From Octopus sinensis (lineage: Eukaryota), in the NCBI RefSeq assembly GCF_006345805.1, contig NC_042998.1:19592001-19656000 (forward strand): a stretch of DNA of 64,000 nucleotides, given 5' to 3'. Every line of letters starts with the position of its first letter. Position 1 is the first letter of the stretch. Made by a program: the position numbers and the translations under genes. The notes beneath the pieces were generated by a model, which was not told the origin of the DNA, searched no databases, and saw only the letters and a program-made list of their open reading frames with translations. This document shows positions 39,504-53,482 of the stretch, one piece after another.

Positions 39504-41259
39504 CATACGATGGGACTTTTTACAGATTCCCTCTACCAAATTCCTTCACAAGGTTTTGATCGGCTCTAAACTATAGTAGAAGGCACTTGATCAATGTACA
39601 TATATAGTGGGACTGAACCCTGAGTTTTGTGGTTGGGAAGCAAACATCTTACCATCACTCACACCTGCGCCTATGCATCTATACGTACTCACTGTTATTA
39701 GTTGTGTGTATGTAAGTGTTTGTCTATGTAAACGTCTGTGTGTGTGGTGGGGGTGGGGTGCTGGATTATACTGGTGTTTATAAGTGCGCGTGTGAGATGT
39801 ATCTATCTTACCTGAGTAAGATTGTACGTAGATCAATAGATTATATGAACTCTGCACATATATGTGTGTGTATACAGTGTGTGTACACAATTAAATATGA
39901 ATTACTTATATGTGACCGTACGTGAACCGTAATAAAACGGCTTGTTCTTGACCCACAAGAGTGGTTGCCTTGGAGATTAATTGCTATTTAAACGCACTCT
40001 CATTTTATTCAGGTGAAGATGTCAACATCTTATCTCATATCTTATATAGTCTCATATTCTAATGGAAGATATTGTGTAATCAATTTCTGCCACTAAGCCA
40101 ATAAGAAGCCATTGTTCATACCTTTTTTGTCATGTTTCCAATAAAGAGAAAGTGTGTGTACGTTGTGTCTGCGTATCTATATGTATGTGCGTGTAATCCA
40201 TTGTACGTATGGTTTATTGCGATACGCATTAATGTTTAAGCTTCAAATATTTGTAATTCTTGCTAACTTCATCTTTCATATTCTATTTGTTTCTGCTGTG
40301 CTTGACATCCATTTTATTTTGAAAAGTAATTTATGTATTGCTTCTAGCATTACTTCAGTTTTTGTGCAAGTTAATCTTTGTATGGAAGATTATCGATACT
40401 TTTTAATTAGGACCTCTTCATTCATCTTAATAAATGTAAGGAAGGGAATTATTTAATTAATTGTTTAATTTCCAAATGAATAGCATACATTTACGTATTC
40501 CGTTTTGTTTGGTATTCTCACGAAACAAACATGGCAACTGCTGGATTTAAGCTAAATTACATTAAGTTGTTTTTCTGTCATAAGATGTTTTCCATAATTT
40601 AATGTGAATAAACATTTTGAAATATATACCCGAGTTGCTTGGTGAAGCAATAATCTTTAAAGGAAATTAATAATCGGTGTAAAATTGAGGTCGTTTTCAC
40701 AAGTATCTATAATTCTTCCTGGCATGTCTAACATCAAACGTTTTATTGAAAAGAGGTACCTACACAGCATTATTTAAGTTTAAATATATGCTGTTATTTT
40801 TCTGTATAGTTTGTATAATAAAGCTCTTCCAGCCATTGGTCTATTCATTTACGCTCTAATTGTTTCGTATTTTTAAATGTACTTTAAATAGAGGTAATAT
40901 TCGTATGAGAGACATAGTTATAACGTGTATAGTATCGATATTTCCTCTGTCCTTTGTATTACCAGAAGCATCATATGAGAACAGATTTCAAACACATCGT
41001 AGTATCAATAGCATTACAAGTCATCTGCTTTAATATATATCACATGGCTAAAAACATTTCACAGTACTTATGAGTTTGTTCTAAGAAGCAGAAACTAGTG
41101 CAACTCTAAACAGATTTACTTGTGTGTAATACAGTCTTCGGGAAAATATTGACGACTTTTTGTGTCTTTTGTATTGGAAAGTAGTCAACGTTGTTGGAAT
41201 GCATAATGATTAAAGCTGCGGTTGAGAAAAAGTTAATTAGCATGAACGACTCTAAATTA

Positions 41260-41655
41260 TTTTCTACTCTAGTCACAACGACCAAAATTTTGAGGGGGAG
41301 GGCCAGTCGATTAGATCGACCCCAGTAAGCAACTGCTACTTAATTTATCGACCCAGAAAAGATGAAAGGTGAAGTCGACTTCAGTGGAATTTGAACTCAG
41401 AACGTAGCGGCAGACGAAATACTGCTAAGAAATTCGCCCGGCATGCTAACTTTTCTTATTTCTTTATTGCCCACAAGGAGCTAAACATAGAAGGAACAAA
41501 CAAGGACAAACGGATTAAGTCGATTTCATCGACTCCAGTGTGTAACTGGTACTTAATTTATCGACCCCGAAAGGATGTAAGGCAAAGACGACCTCGGTGG
41601 AATTTGAACTCAGAACATAGCGGAAGAGAAAGCAATTCATTCGGCATGCTAACGG
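41260..41655 (-). mobile_element. Two tandem SINE family A copies with different tails
   Basis: Two repeats of acttaatttatcgaccc..ggaatttgaactcagaac. Confidence 0.85.
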
Positions 41656-41881
41656 CAAGAACTGTACACGAACCAACAAACGATATTCCGATAGCTACCA
41701 AAAAGACAACTTACGACTTCCTGCGATTAACGCCGACTCATCTAACTCAGATAGCCTATTCTCCCATGGGCTGTGACCCTCGTCACAACAATATGGAATT
41801 AACATACATACATACCACGCACACACACATATATATATATGTATATGTATAATATATATTATGAATATATATATATATATA

Positions 41882-42216
41882 TAATGATAATAAATATTAG
41901 GGAATAAATCCAAACTTACAGGGAAAAATCAGATTTAGGATCGAATCCAATTTTATAGTAAAATATTATATTATATTAAATTAGAGACAATTAGTTCATC
42001 GTTTAAAACTCGCCAAGAAAAATTTTGAAACCACCTGATGAATGACTGCGACTCAAAAATTTAAAGACAGCAGGCAGGAAACGATCGTAGTGGTTATTAA
42101 TTATATTTTTAATAATTGTTACATATTTAAATAATATAAATTAATCATATCTATTGGCTTAAGTCTTTCATTGTTTGATTTGCCTAATAGTGGTTTTGTC
42201 TCTAATTTAATATAAT
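41882..42216 (+). mobile_element. Non-autonomous HHR element H5 with inverted 5' fragment, flanked by (TA)n
   Basis: tattatattaaattagagacaa (about 41969-41990) is the inverse of ttgtctctaatttaatataata (about 42196-42217). Confidence 0.65.
42029..42095 (+). ncRNA. Type-I hammerhead ribozyme (family H5), helix II partly decayed
   Basis: AACCAC-CUGAUGA-augaCUGC...GCAGgcag-GAAA-CGAUCG-UA-GUGGUU. Helix I AACCAC/GUGGUU, palindromic helix III ACGAUCGU. Confidence 0.75.
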
Positions 42217-42379
42217 ATATATATATGTGTGTGTATGTGTATATATATATATATGTATGTGTATATATATATATATATATATGTATGTGTATATATGTAT
42301 ATATATGTATATATATATGTGTATATATATGTATATATATATGTATGTGTATATATGTATATACATGTATATATATATG

Positions 42380-42422
<43 letters not shown>

Positions 42423-42499
42423 TATAATATATATATATGTATATGTTTGTGTGCCTGTGTTTTCCCCACACCCCCCACACACACACATCATTGCTTGAC

Positions 42500-42750
42500 A
42501 CCCTATGTTGCTGTCCCCGAAACTTTCGACTGAACAGGCGGAAGGCCGCATTCTCCGTCTATATCGCGGTCCTGTGGAACAAGCTACCACAAGAAATCAT
42601 TCAACTGCCCAACACTCCCTTGTTCAAAGACGCTCTGGACAACTGTGGTAATTATGTATAAAACTGTATATAACAATGACTTTTTTGTCTTTTAGTTTTA
42701 CATAGATTAAGAACATTAGCTATTTTACTGCCAATAAATTTGATTTGATT
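42500..42750 (+). mobile_element. CR1/L2-group LINE 3' end
   Basis: [23 protein letters not shown]...FKDALD, with tail aataaa(tttga)n. Confidence 0.8.
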
Positions 42751-43158
42751 TACTCTTTTACTCTTTTACTTGTTTCAGTCATTTGACTGCGGCCATGCTG
42801 GAGCACCGCCTTTAGTCGAGCAAATCGACCCCGGGACTTATTCTCTGTAAACCCAGTACTTATTCTATCGGTCTCTTTTTGCCGAACCGCTAAGTGACGG
42901 GGACGTAAACACACCAGCATCGGTTGTCAAGCAATGCTAGGGGGACAAACACAGACACACAAACACACACACACATACATATACATATATACATATATAC
43001 GACAGGCTTCTTTCAGTTTCCGTCTACCAAATCCACTCACAAGGCATTGGTCGGCCCGGGGCTATAGCAGAAGACACTTGCCCAAGATGCCACGCAGTGG
43101 GACTGAACCCGCAACCATGTGGTTGGTTAGCAAGCTACTTACCACACATCCACTCCTG
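42751..43158 (-). mobile_element. SINE family B
   Basis: Near-identical to 46321-46750. Confidence 0.92.
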
Positions 43159-43292
43159 ATTTGTTCACCGATAGAATAAATACTAGGCTTACGAAGAATA
43201 AATCCTAGGGTAGATTAGTTCGACTAAAACCGGTGTTCCAGCATGGCCGTAGTCAAATAAAAGTATAAAATAATGTGTGTGTGTGTGTGTGT

Positions 43293-43323
<31 letters not shown>

Positions 43324-43749
43324 CCGTATATGTGGCGCTCAGTAGATTATTTAACCCTCTATTCCTACACACAACTTGTTGAGGAACGAACCGTTGTATC
43401 TCCGGATAGACTAGTGTGCAGGATCTGACAGAGACTATGTAATTCTTACCTCCAAAACTATACAAAGCATACAAGTTGCTGCAAGAGAATATCACCGAGG
43501 ACAATTTCGCCTTCAATTCTTTCGCACTCGAAAAAAATCGAATATCAATGCTGTTCTGGGTTTGACTTACCCACATCCACCCAAAAATATCGACATTCTT
43601 CCAAAATCATCAGTATCATCATCATTACTATCGTCATTGTCGTCATCTTTCTTCCTTCCTCCTCCTCTTCATTATCGTCATTATCCTCATCAACAACAAC
43701 AATTGCTTCATTATTATTATTATTAGTTTGTTTTACTTATTTTTTTTTT

Positions 43750-43975
43750 TTACTCTTTTACTCTTTTGCTTGTTTCGGTCACTTTACTGTGGTCATGCTG
43801 GAGCACCGCCTTTTAGTCGAGCAAATCGACCCCACGACTTACTCTTTGTAAGCCTAGTACTTATTCTATCGGTCTCTTTTGCCGAACCGCTAAGTTACGG
43901 GGACGTGAACACACTACCATCGGTTGTCAAGCGATGTTGGGGGGACAAACACAGACACACAAACAAACATACATG

Positions 43976-44012
<37 letters not shown>

Positions 44013-44176
44013 GACGGGCTTCTTTCATTTTCCGCCTACCAATTCCATTCATAAGGCTTTGGTCGGCCCTAGGCTATAGCAGAAGACACTTGCCCAAGGT
44101 GCCACGCAGTGGGACTGAACCCGGAACTATGTGGTTCGTAAGCAAGCTACTTACCACAGAGCCACTCCTACGCCCT
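43750..44176 (-). mobile_element. SINE family B
   Basis: Full-length homology. Confidence 0.92.
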
Positions 44177-46298
44177 ATTATTAAGCTGCGTCTTTATACG
44201 GAAACACTAAGTTTTTATCCGATTAAATATTCTTGTTATACAAAGGTATAATCTAATTGCGATAAGAGAAACACCAACACATTGACTTTTCACTCTGTGG
44301 TTGATACTTTAAGTACCAATTAAAACTTCATCTGATTTCGCCTCTAACATATTACAAATCTGCGCAAATTTAGAAATCGTTATTGGTACTGTAGTTAATT
44401 GTTTAGTGGAGGAACAACAAAAAGACGAAATTTCAAGTTAATTATCAGGAAATCATTATAACGAATATATAAACGCATGTCTTTCTTGAAGACATGTTTG
44501 AGTCCAAGAGGCCTTTTCTTTCGTATAGGTGCAATTAATATAAAAAACATAGCTAAAACTTTTAGTCAGAAAAAAAGGAGATAGCTCTAATGGGATGTAA
44601 ACGATGTAGGATCCTTCTACATTAATTTTGCTGATGCCATCATTTGCCGAAAGCAAATTAAATGAATATTTGATGTAGCAGTAGTATTATTCGATAAGAA
44701 CGTTACTACAAACCATTGACAGAATACAGGAAATTAATTCGAAAAATCATGCAGCAAATGAACTTCAATTCTCAACATGCATATTTCAATTTATAAATAA
44801 TAGAATGCCCTCTTGTACTGCCTAATGAAAGTCATAGTGAAGCAGGTGAAGCGATTGATTAAAAGACATCCGTTGCTGAGAGCTTCGATATTATTGGCGC
44901 TCTGATGCAGAATAGATAAGGAAATTAAATGATTTTCTGAAAACCTCTAATAAATTCAGTTGAAATAAAACGTTATTACATGATGTTTCGTTGCATACCA
45001 ACCATCATAATTACTTTATCATAGATTGAACATGCTATATACGTAAAATTAACGAATCTAAATAAACTGTTATAAATAATAAATAACCATCTGTCTCTAG
45101 GAATGAGCAAGAATATTTCTTTTCTGAGAACTTTTCCAAATGATATGTAACTCTTCGACAATGTTAGAGACCTAGACTACCGAATTATTAATATATCATT
45201 CAAGCTGTGAGTACATTGGACAAAATGCCTTTGTAGCATCAGGATTTATTTCACCAGTCTACTACTCTACATTCTGAATTCAAATTTTTATCCGACATGA
45301 TAAGTTAATAATCAAATTCTGTTGTCGATGGCACCGACTAATCTCTCCCACCTATGGGTGTATGAGTTTGTGTATCTGTGTGTGTGTGTGTGTTTTTGTA
45401 TGTGTCTATGTATGTGTGCATATCAGAGTATCTGTGTATGTATGCCAACTGTAAAATCGACAAAAATGGTATAGTGAACTTGCTGAGAGGGAAAAGTTGA
45501 AAACAGACCAACATTAGCTTCTTTGGAGTCTTTTTTGGTTACACACACGAGCACACAAAACACACACACACACAAGCACACACATAGATACATATATACG
45601 TACGTAATACATGCATACATGTATGCATACATACATACATACATACATACATACATACATACATACATACATACATGCATGTGTAGTTGAGTTGTATTCT
45701 GTTAAGAAGGTATTTTAGCTGATTTCGTAAAAAAGTGTACCCAATCCATTTATTGTAGAAAAAAAAGATACCTTCCATTCTTTTATAGCAGAGCATGCTT
45801 GCGAAGGAATTTAACTTAGGGTTTGAGTACAAGGAGGAAAGATCACGCATTTATATTCTGTTAAGAAGGTGTACAAAATAGAGCTCGTTCACCGTTAAAA
45901 TTATGAGATACAAGGCAGTATAACGGTATACTACCAATGCTAAGTTTAGTCATTCCTCGTGTACGTGAGTGTGTGTATGTGTTTGTGTCTGTATGTGTAT
46001 GGATATGCCCATAGGTGTAATGGTATATCTGTGTGTGTGATTGTATAAGTATGAGCGTAGGTGTGAGTGTCTTTGCGAAATAATAAAATTTAGCATGAGC
46101 AGCCTCACATGTGAAGCAATGTAAAGAGACAACGTACACAATGCCGCTCATGTCGAGCACGTAGAGGTACGCCCACACCGAGCGGATTGGAACTGTCAGC
46201 GTTTGCTAGATTCAAAGGAGCCAGTTGGATATGATAGCATCGAAACCAAACATTTTCTTACGGAGGAGATATAACTAGGTCCTATTATACAGGTAAAC

Positions 46299-46486
46299 AG
46301 GCGCAGGAGTGACTGTGTATAGGCGTAGGAGTGGCTGTGTGGTAAGTAGCTTGCTAACCAGCCACATGGTTCTGGGTTCAGTCAAACTGCGTGGCGTCTT
46401 GGGCAAGTGTCTTCTGCTATAGCCCCGGGCTGACCAATGCCTTGTGAGTGGATTTGGTAGACGGAAACTGAAAGAAGCCTGTCGTA

Positions 46487-46524
<38 letters not shown>

Positions 46525-46757
46525 TTTGTGTGTATATGTTTGTATGTCTGTGTTTGTCCCCCTAGCATTGCTTGACAACCGATGCTGGTGTGTTTACGTT
46601 ACCGTCACTTAGCGGTTCGGCAAAAGAGACCGATAGAATAAGTACTGGGCTTACAAAGAATAAGTCCCGGGGTCGATTTGCTCGACTAAAGTCGGTGCTC
46701 CAGCATGGCCGCAGTCAAATGACTGAAACAAGTAAAATAGTAAAAGGGAAAAGAGAG
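46299..46757 (+). mobile_element. tRNA-derived SINE family B with internal (TA)n(TG)n (reference copy; first about 22 nt duplicated)
   Basis: Head ggcgtaggagtggctgtgtggtaag..gggttcagtc, CORE-like cttgggcaagtgtcttc, tail gactgaaacaagtaaaa. Confidence 0.92.
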
Positions 46758-47603
46758 TTACTTGATTTAAATTTAAATCCTGTAGATATATGGATCTATG
46801 TTGTATCGAAACATCTGTAGCGACCATTAAACTGCTGTCGAATCGAACTCCCTCTTACTTTTGACTCTATTTATTCTTTCCCTTTTACATAAATGCGCAG
46901 GCACGTGCGTGCATGTATATGCTTACCTCCACATTTTCATAAGCAGCTTCACAGAAACTCCTACTTAACCATATATATTATTATACTACGTTATTTCTAT
47001 GGCACAGTTAGAGAAATAGGGGCCAAATCTCCATCGAAGTACATTTGAATATATTTTTATCTGGTTCTGAGAAGAGATAATAACAGGCAGAAAACAGAAA
47101 TTAAGTAATATTACCAACAACAATACAAATAAATGTTTGGAAGTGTTCTAGTTTCAGTAAATGATATATCTAAAAATAATCTTGCCACTCATTTTTTTCG
47201 TCATCCATCAATCTTTCTTAACCTTTATTTGATTTTCTTTCTGTTTTGCTGAAATACTGGGTTACACAGATATAAAGAGATATAAAGACCTTTATGGAGG
47301 AGATACGAATACAGATTGATGGCATCGGTTTGTTTAAACGTCCATCATTATTCTAAGGTAACTTTTTATGAAGCTGATTGCATTTCAATGATACGAATTT
47401 ATAGAAAAAGTAACCAAATGATTATTTAGTCACACGCAAATGTCTCCTGTGTGTATATAGATGTGTGTATGATCCAGTGTGGGTAGTTCTGCATTTTAGA
47501 AGTAAATGCAACTTTCTCTATTATTTTATACTATGCAACTTTATGTTCTTTCTATACACGCATGGGCCAATGCTGGAATCTCAAAATTTTATGAAAGCAG
47601 AGA

Positions 47604-47854
47604 AAAATAGTAACCAAATGGCAAACGGATTACAATGAATCTTATGTATGCGCCATTGTAGGTCGTTACTAACACAACATTTTATGTACAGCTGATAAAA
47701 ATTAAAGGCAAATATCACCTACAAACAGAAATAGTAACTAAATGGCATCGGATTACAATGCATCGTATATATGGGCCATTGTAGGTCGTTCGTAAAACAG
47801 CATTTTAGGTACAGCTGATAAAAATTAAAGGCAAATATCACCTACAAACAGAAA
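47604..47854. repeat. Tandem duplication, 2 x 123 bp
   Basis: ctgataaaaattaaaggcaaatatcacc at 47692 and 47815. Confidence 0.9.
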
Positions 47855-48523
47855 CTACTAATCTGTAAGTGCCAATGATAGTATATAGAAATTGTAATGA
47901 AATTTCTCTGAAGTCAGACACGATTTCATATGGGTCAACAGGATAAATCACAGTACATAGCTTGACAGGTTGAAGATAGCAAAACAAAATTCATCGACCT
48001 TTAACTATGTTTCTATTACAATAGAGTTCGACAACCTTACTGCACAAAGTTCAGTCACTTAGGGAACACTGTTGAATCGAAATGATCTGCTATTTGAACT
48101 GAAACGGCTCTATTTTCTTGTCAGATGAAGAGTATCTACAGTTATCAATACAGCGCCAAATAGATAGGAAGTAACGATACACTCACACATACACATAACT
48201 CTCTCACACGCACACACACAAACACACGCACACACATAAACACACGTGATCACAAACACACGCTCACACAGCCACATAAACACATACACACACATATCAA
48301 GTTAAGCAGAATGTATATAAACATTGTGTAGCTATGTATGTACGTAGGTAAGTATAAATGTATATATTTCTATGAAGACATGTAGGTGTGCCGGAATTTA
48401 CATTGTAGAGTTTATCCATAAAAGACATAATGTTCCTTTCTTTATGCTTCCATGAGACTTTCTCTCTTCTGTCTATTTTCTTGTCTATATAACTATAGAC
48501 AAACACGTGAAAGCACAAACACT

Positions 48524-48591
<68 letters not shown>

Positions 48592-49744
48592 CATACACAG
48601 TGATTCATGAATATCTATGTGTATATATGTATACATAAATACATCGTACATACATACATACTTACATACATACATACATGCATACATACACGCAAGGGCC
48701 CGGAAACAGGAGGAGGAAGGGGTGCGCACTTGCAGCCCCTAGAACTTTTTTGCGGGTACAAAATCAAACTTTGAACACACACACACCACATACCTTTGCC
48801 AAGTTCGGAAAATAGTATTTAAAAATTGATCTGTAAAAGTTAGATTACTTCTCAAAACATAAACAAATAACAAAATAAATAGAAAAAGACGATACTGGTC
48901 TTAAAATTTCCAAGGAAATTTATGACTTGATTCAAAGCCAAAGCAATCAATATCAAAAGTATGTGGTAACAACAACAGCAACAACATGACCTCTCTATAA
49001 CTTTGAAATACCTCACTGTCACTTCTTTGTATTGGTGTCGTTAAAGAGCGACCACACGTTTGAATGGATTTCACTGTTTGACCTCAGTCTAAAATTTAAA
49101 ACCCTTTCAAAATTCTTTGTAAATCAGATGGGTTCTTCCATTCAAAGGAACAAAATAATTTATTTCCTCTTTGATATCTAACGCTCATTGTTACATTGCT
49201 GGATTTTGGTGGGATTATCTGTCCCATGTAAGTTAGAATTTCTACCTATTCACCAGGATCTTTCGTTGCTTCGTTGACTTATTATTCAAATAAGCTTTAA
49301 ATCCACGCACACGCACACTCACGCCCCCCCCCACACACACACACGCATACACACACTCACACGTGTGCATAATTCTTTTCTAAAATCTTTTGAACTGGCG
49401 AAATATTTGTCCAAATGCCTGAAATGTGCGTTATAGAAGAACTTGGGTAAAATGGTTTTTCAAAAAGAGACTTTGAAAAGAAACAATTAATTACAAATTA
49501 TGACAGCTAATTTGCGAAGTTTCAACAAGATATATATTCGACAATATGAAAGGAAATAATGGTTGACAAGAAGTAATAAACTAAATAAGTTATTCTGCTG
49601 GCCATGCTTGTTATTTAGTTTAGAAAATATTGTTTGGAATGAGAACGGTTACGATTATTTAGCTAATATACATATGGCCATGTTAAAATATGAGCGTTCT
49701 GAAAGAAATATAAAATTTTTGATACATCTTTACACATTACTCTC

Positions 49745-49956
49745 TCTCTTTACTCTTTTACTTGTTTCAGTCATTTGACTGCGGCCATGCTGGAGCAACG
49801 CCTTTGGTCGAGCAAATCGACCCCGGGACTTATTCTTTGTAAGCCCGGTACTTATTCTATAGGTCTCTTTTGCCGAACCGCTAAGTGACGGGGACATAAA
49901 CACACCAGCATCGGTTGTCAAGCAATGCTAGGGGACAAACACAGCCACACAAACAT

Positions 49957-50001
<45 letters not shown>

Positions 50002-50162
50002 TACCACAGGCTTCTTTTAGTTTCCGTCTACCAAATCCACTCACAAGGTATTGGTCGGCCGGAGGCTATAGCAGAAGACATTTGCCCAAGATGCCACGCA
50101 GTGGGACTGAACCCGGAACCATGTGGTTGGTAAGCAAGCCACTTACCACACAGCCACTCCTG
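49745..50162 (-). mobile_element. SINE family B
   Basis: Full-length homology. Confidence 0.92.
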
Positions 50163-50189
50163 ATAACATTTGCATTGAATTACAATTAC

Positions 50190-50920
50190 ATGCGTAAATA
50201 TAAAAAGGAAAACAGGGCATACAACTGCATAATAAGAGGTTAGACAAAACAGATCCCTTCTGCGGTGTTAGATCGATGCAGCTATTTTTCTCGGTCGCCA
50301 AGAATTATCATTTTAAGTCCTTTTGAATCCGCAAAATCCAATAAATGTGGAAATTATAAAGAAACCTTATATTCAATCAGTAAGTAAGATGGCAAAAAAA
50401 TCTACAAGCTAACTTGCTACAGTTTCTGTTTTTCAAAAGGACTTCATTGAAGCAGTTTAAAAAGTTACGTTGGATGAAATAGGAAATGAACTGAAGCAAA
50501 CTAAATTTGTTGCCATCCGTGTAGATGAAACAACCGATGTATCGAGCTATTCACAACTGTCAACTGTTTTACATTATGTTACAAAAGATTGTGCAATTAG
50601 ATAATGATTTATAGGTTTTAATGATGTAGTGCAGATCGTACAGCAAATCTTTTCTCTGAACATGTTTTGAGATGCATTGAAACGTTAAAGTGAGGAAACA
50701 AATTTATTGCACAAATCTATGATGGTGCTGCTGCAATGGTAAGACAATTAAACGGGTTGCAGTCAAAAGCGGGAGAGAAATATAAATGTTGTACTCAGAC
50801 CCTAAGTTGAATTCCTTCGCAAGAATGCTCTGCTATAAAAGAATGGAAGGTATCTTTTTTCTACAATAAATGGATTGGATATATTTCTTTACGAAATCAG
50901 CTAAAAGTACTACTTGTACT
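50190..50920 (+). mobile_element. Decayed hAT transposase (ZMYM1/DUF4371-like)
   Basis: FVAIRVDETTDVSSYSQLSTVLHYV ... IAQIYDGAAAMVRQLNGLQSK, with stops and frameshifts. Confidence 0.85.
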
Positions 50921-52647
50921 AAACAATCTACTCAACTACTCTCTTCTCCAAAGTTTCGAATCTTGTGCCTTTAGTAGAAAGGATTATTCTATTGATATTC
51001 TCTTTGAAGAACCACTGGAATACGGGACACCACTTCTGAAGCGGTAATGACTCACACACACACACAAACTAACACACCTACAAGTTTATCTATTTAACTA
51101 TCTGTCTATCTATCTGTTTGTTTATCTATCTATTTATTTATCTATTTATCTATCTATCTATTTTTACACACACATATGTGTGTGCGTAAAAATAGATAGA
51201 TAGATATGTAAGCGGATAACGTCCAAGCACGCTATTATAATCCAAATGATGGCTGCCTTGAATAGTATAGAAATTCCGGGTAAAACAATCCCAATGTATT
51301 TCATCGTTTGGGTCAATCTTGGATTCGCTTCTTTAGATTATGAATAGATTACTGATTGTATATCTAGGACAATTCAATGAACAAGGGGAACAATAAAATG
51401 TACAATGTCAGAGGGAAAATATAGCGTACTGGCATGTGATTACGTCTGAAAACATTTTACTATTTATAGTGGAGCATACTCGACCTGATTCAAGGCGTGT
51501 AGCTAATCATCCTAGCTTCATTCAGGGATAGAGAGAAAATCCATAGCACAAGCGTCAATGGGTTTATTTGATATCTGATACAGAATGGGAAATATTAACT
51601 CTGATACAGAATGGGAAACCATAGACGGAGCAAGGCCTTACGCAATCGGAAGTAATATATACAATTTATGCTTATACGAAATGTTCCATATGTTCACGTA
51701 AAAATTCCAGTTATAAATAACAATAAGGGATCAACCCCAAAATGCTTGCACATTCACAGAAAAATAGACATTCAAATATTCCCCTTGATAAAAAGTGCCC
51801 GAGGTTACACGGTAAATATTAGTTCAATATTTTGCGCATTTTCTGGTGGTAATGCTTTTCCAAATAATTAGTATTCTTTGTATATAATATTTCATCGACG
51901 GAATATTCATTGACAACAATCAGCAAATATGCATTACTTGATTATGAATGTGGGAACAGATGGGATGATATTTTTCCAGTAGATAAATTCTGTAGGTTCA
52001 CATGACACTCAGAGTGAACACCATGAACGTTTCTTTCCATTTCAATTGAGACGAAATAGTGTGTTGCACACAACGGGCAACTATAGTACAAAATAACGCA
52101 TGTAAAACTATTTTGCTAATAGAGCGAATCAAGCTGGACAACAGGTGAGCGCATAATTTGTCGAATACATTTATAGGGTCTAAGTAGTCATAAAATTTTA
52201 ATGTTATTAGTGTGTAAAATACGCAAACAATTTTGCCCCCTTGAGGCATTTGCTTGCATAATGTCTTCTGTGAGTATTGTGTACACCAGATCGATAAACA
52301 TAGCATCAGACCATTACCGGATTTAGCTATTACATGTTCAAAAGTTGGGAAACAGTTAACAAAAATCTGTGCATATAGATTTTTCACAAGGAAATTGAGA
52401 GACCTATATGTCGCCTTACGAATATATGAATGTTTGCTGAAGAATAAATGCTAAGATGAACGTCCGCACAGCGCCTCATAATTCTTTCGGGGCTATAGAA
52501 TACTCTACAAAATGAAACTTTTCTCACTGAGACTAAGTCAAGAACCTCACAACAAAATTATTTAGGCACAGGTCTGAAGACAGCTAGTGTTCAAGCCTTT
52601 CAACCAAAACACAATTCATCTAGTAGTAGTAGTAGCGTTATTAACTC

Positions 52648-52769
52648 TGCGAGCTGGCAGAATCGTTAGCATGCCGGGAGAAATGCTTAGCGGTATTTCG
52701 TCTGCCGCTACGGTCTGAGTTCAAATTCCGCCGAGTCCGACTTTGCTTTCATACTTTCGGGCGCGATAA

Positions 52770-52771
<2 letters not shown>
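52648..52771 (+). mobile_element. SINE family A, 3'-truncated
   Basis: gcgagctggcagaatcgttagc..gagttcaaattccgccgag. Confidence 0.85.
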
Positions 52772-52805
<34 letters not shown>

Positions 52806-52889
52806 TTATATATGTAAATATATGCATACATGCTTCTCTGCGTATTTGCGCATATGTGTACGGCCAGAAGCTGCTGTGAATGGTTCAAA

Positions 52890-53231
52890 TTTGCCGGACG
52901 CAGCGTGGTTGACCGGTTAGCGGCACACCTCCAAGACCTCAGACTCGGCAGCGACACTCCAGTCTCGCACCATCTCCGCTCTTCCGGTCAGTTTTTACAT
53001 TATCTCCCCTTCTTCCTAGTCTCCTGTGTGACACCTCTGTCCGGCATCCACTAAACCTTTTTTTTATTATTTTCTCTCCCTATTTATTTTTAGGTTCCTT
53101 TCTGTTGAAGAGCGTAGGCTCGAAACGTAAAAGACACTCACTACCCGAGCGTTAAACTAATACATCTGTTTGTTGTTTTACACACCCGACTTCATCTTGC
53201 ATTCTTTTTTTTTTTGTGAATTCTCACTATA
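52890..53231 (+). mobile_element. Penelope-like element 3' fragment: GIY-YIG endonuclease remnant plus 3' region with HHR
   Basis: Translation GRSVVDRLAAHLQDLRLGSDTPVSHHLRSSG matches the PLE GIY-YIG pattern (G.T.R.L..R..EH...I.....PV..HF). HHR H2 lies about 110 nt downstream. Confidence 0.75.
53098..53133 (+). ncRNA. Minimal type-I hammerhead ribozyme, A6U core variant (family H2)
   Basis: CUUU-CUGUUGA-A-GAGC(GUAG)GCUC-GAAA-CG-UA-AAAG. Confidence 0.75.
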
Positions 53232-53233
53232 TT

Positions 53234-53482
53234 ACATCATCCTCATCATTGTTCGACCGTGGTCGAGACAATGGAATTTACCATGCTACGCCAGACTTCA
53301 CGGTTCATCATAGTATTACGGAGGTCCTGTTGCTGGATGCCTGTATCCCTGGAGATTACATCAGGGTAGGAGAGTGTGCGCCCTCTGGCATTGCGAGTAG
53401 ATGGCTTCCAGAGGAGAAGAGTAGAAATTGTCTCGTTTTCAGCTCTACAACAATGTCCAGCAAACTGGACTCTCCTACCTTG
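53234..53482 (-). mobile_element. RTE-group LINE 3' end
   Basis: GRRVQFAGHCCRAENETISTLLLWKP..RDTG..MMNREVWRSMV..EQ*, followed by a (GAT)n tail. Confidence 0.8.

Larger units (their letters stand above)
36813..39672 (-). mobile_element. SINE family B split by nested insertions (3' half 36813-37035, 5' half 39500-39672)
   Basis: Two halves in the same orientation, both ending at TA tracts that enclose three other elements. Confidence 0.65.

Noticed and set aside
42934-44251. Recurrent MLGGQTQTH... ORFs that look like a gene family
   Set aside because: Antisense translations of SINE family B.
44972-45012. Minus-strand GUUG/CAAC-GAAA-CAUCAUG-UA
   Set aside because: The CUGANGA box is incomplete.
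51668-52454. Non-repetitive-looking ORFs (129 aa minus, 66-67 aa plus)
   Set aside because: No recognisable domain or splice structure.
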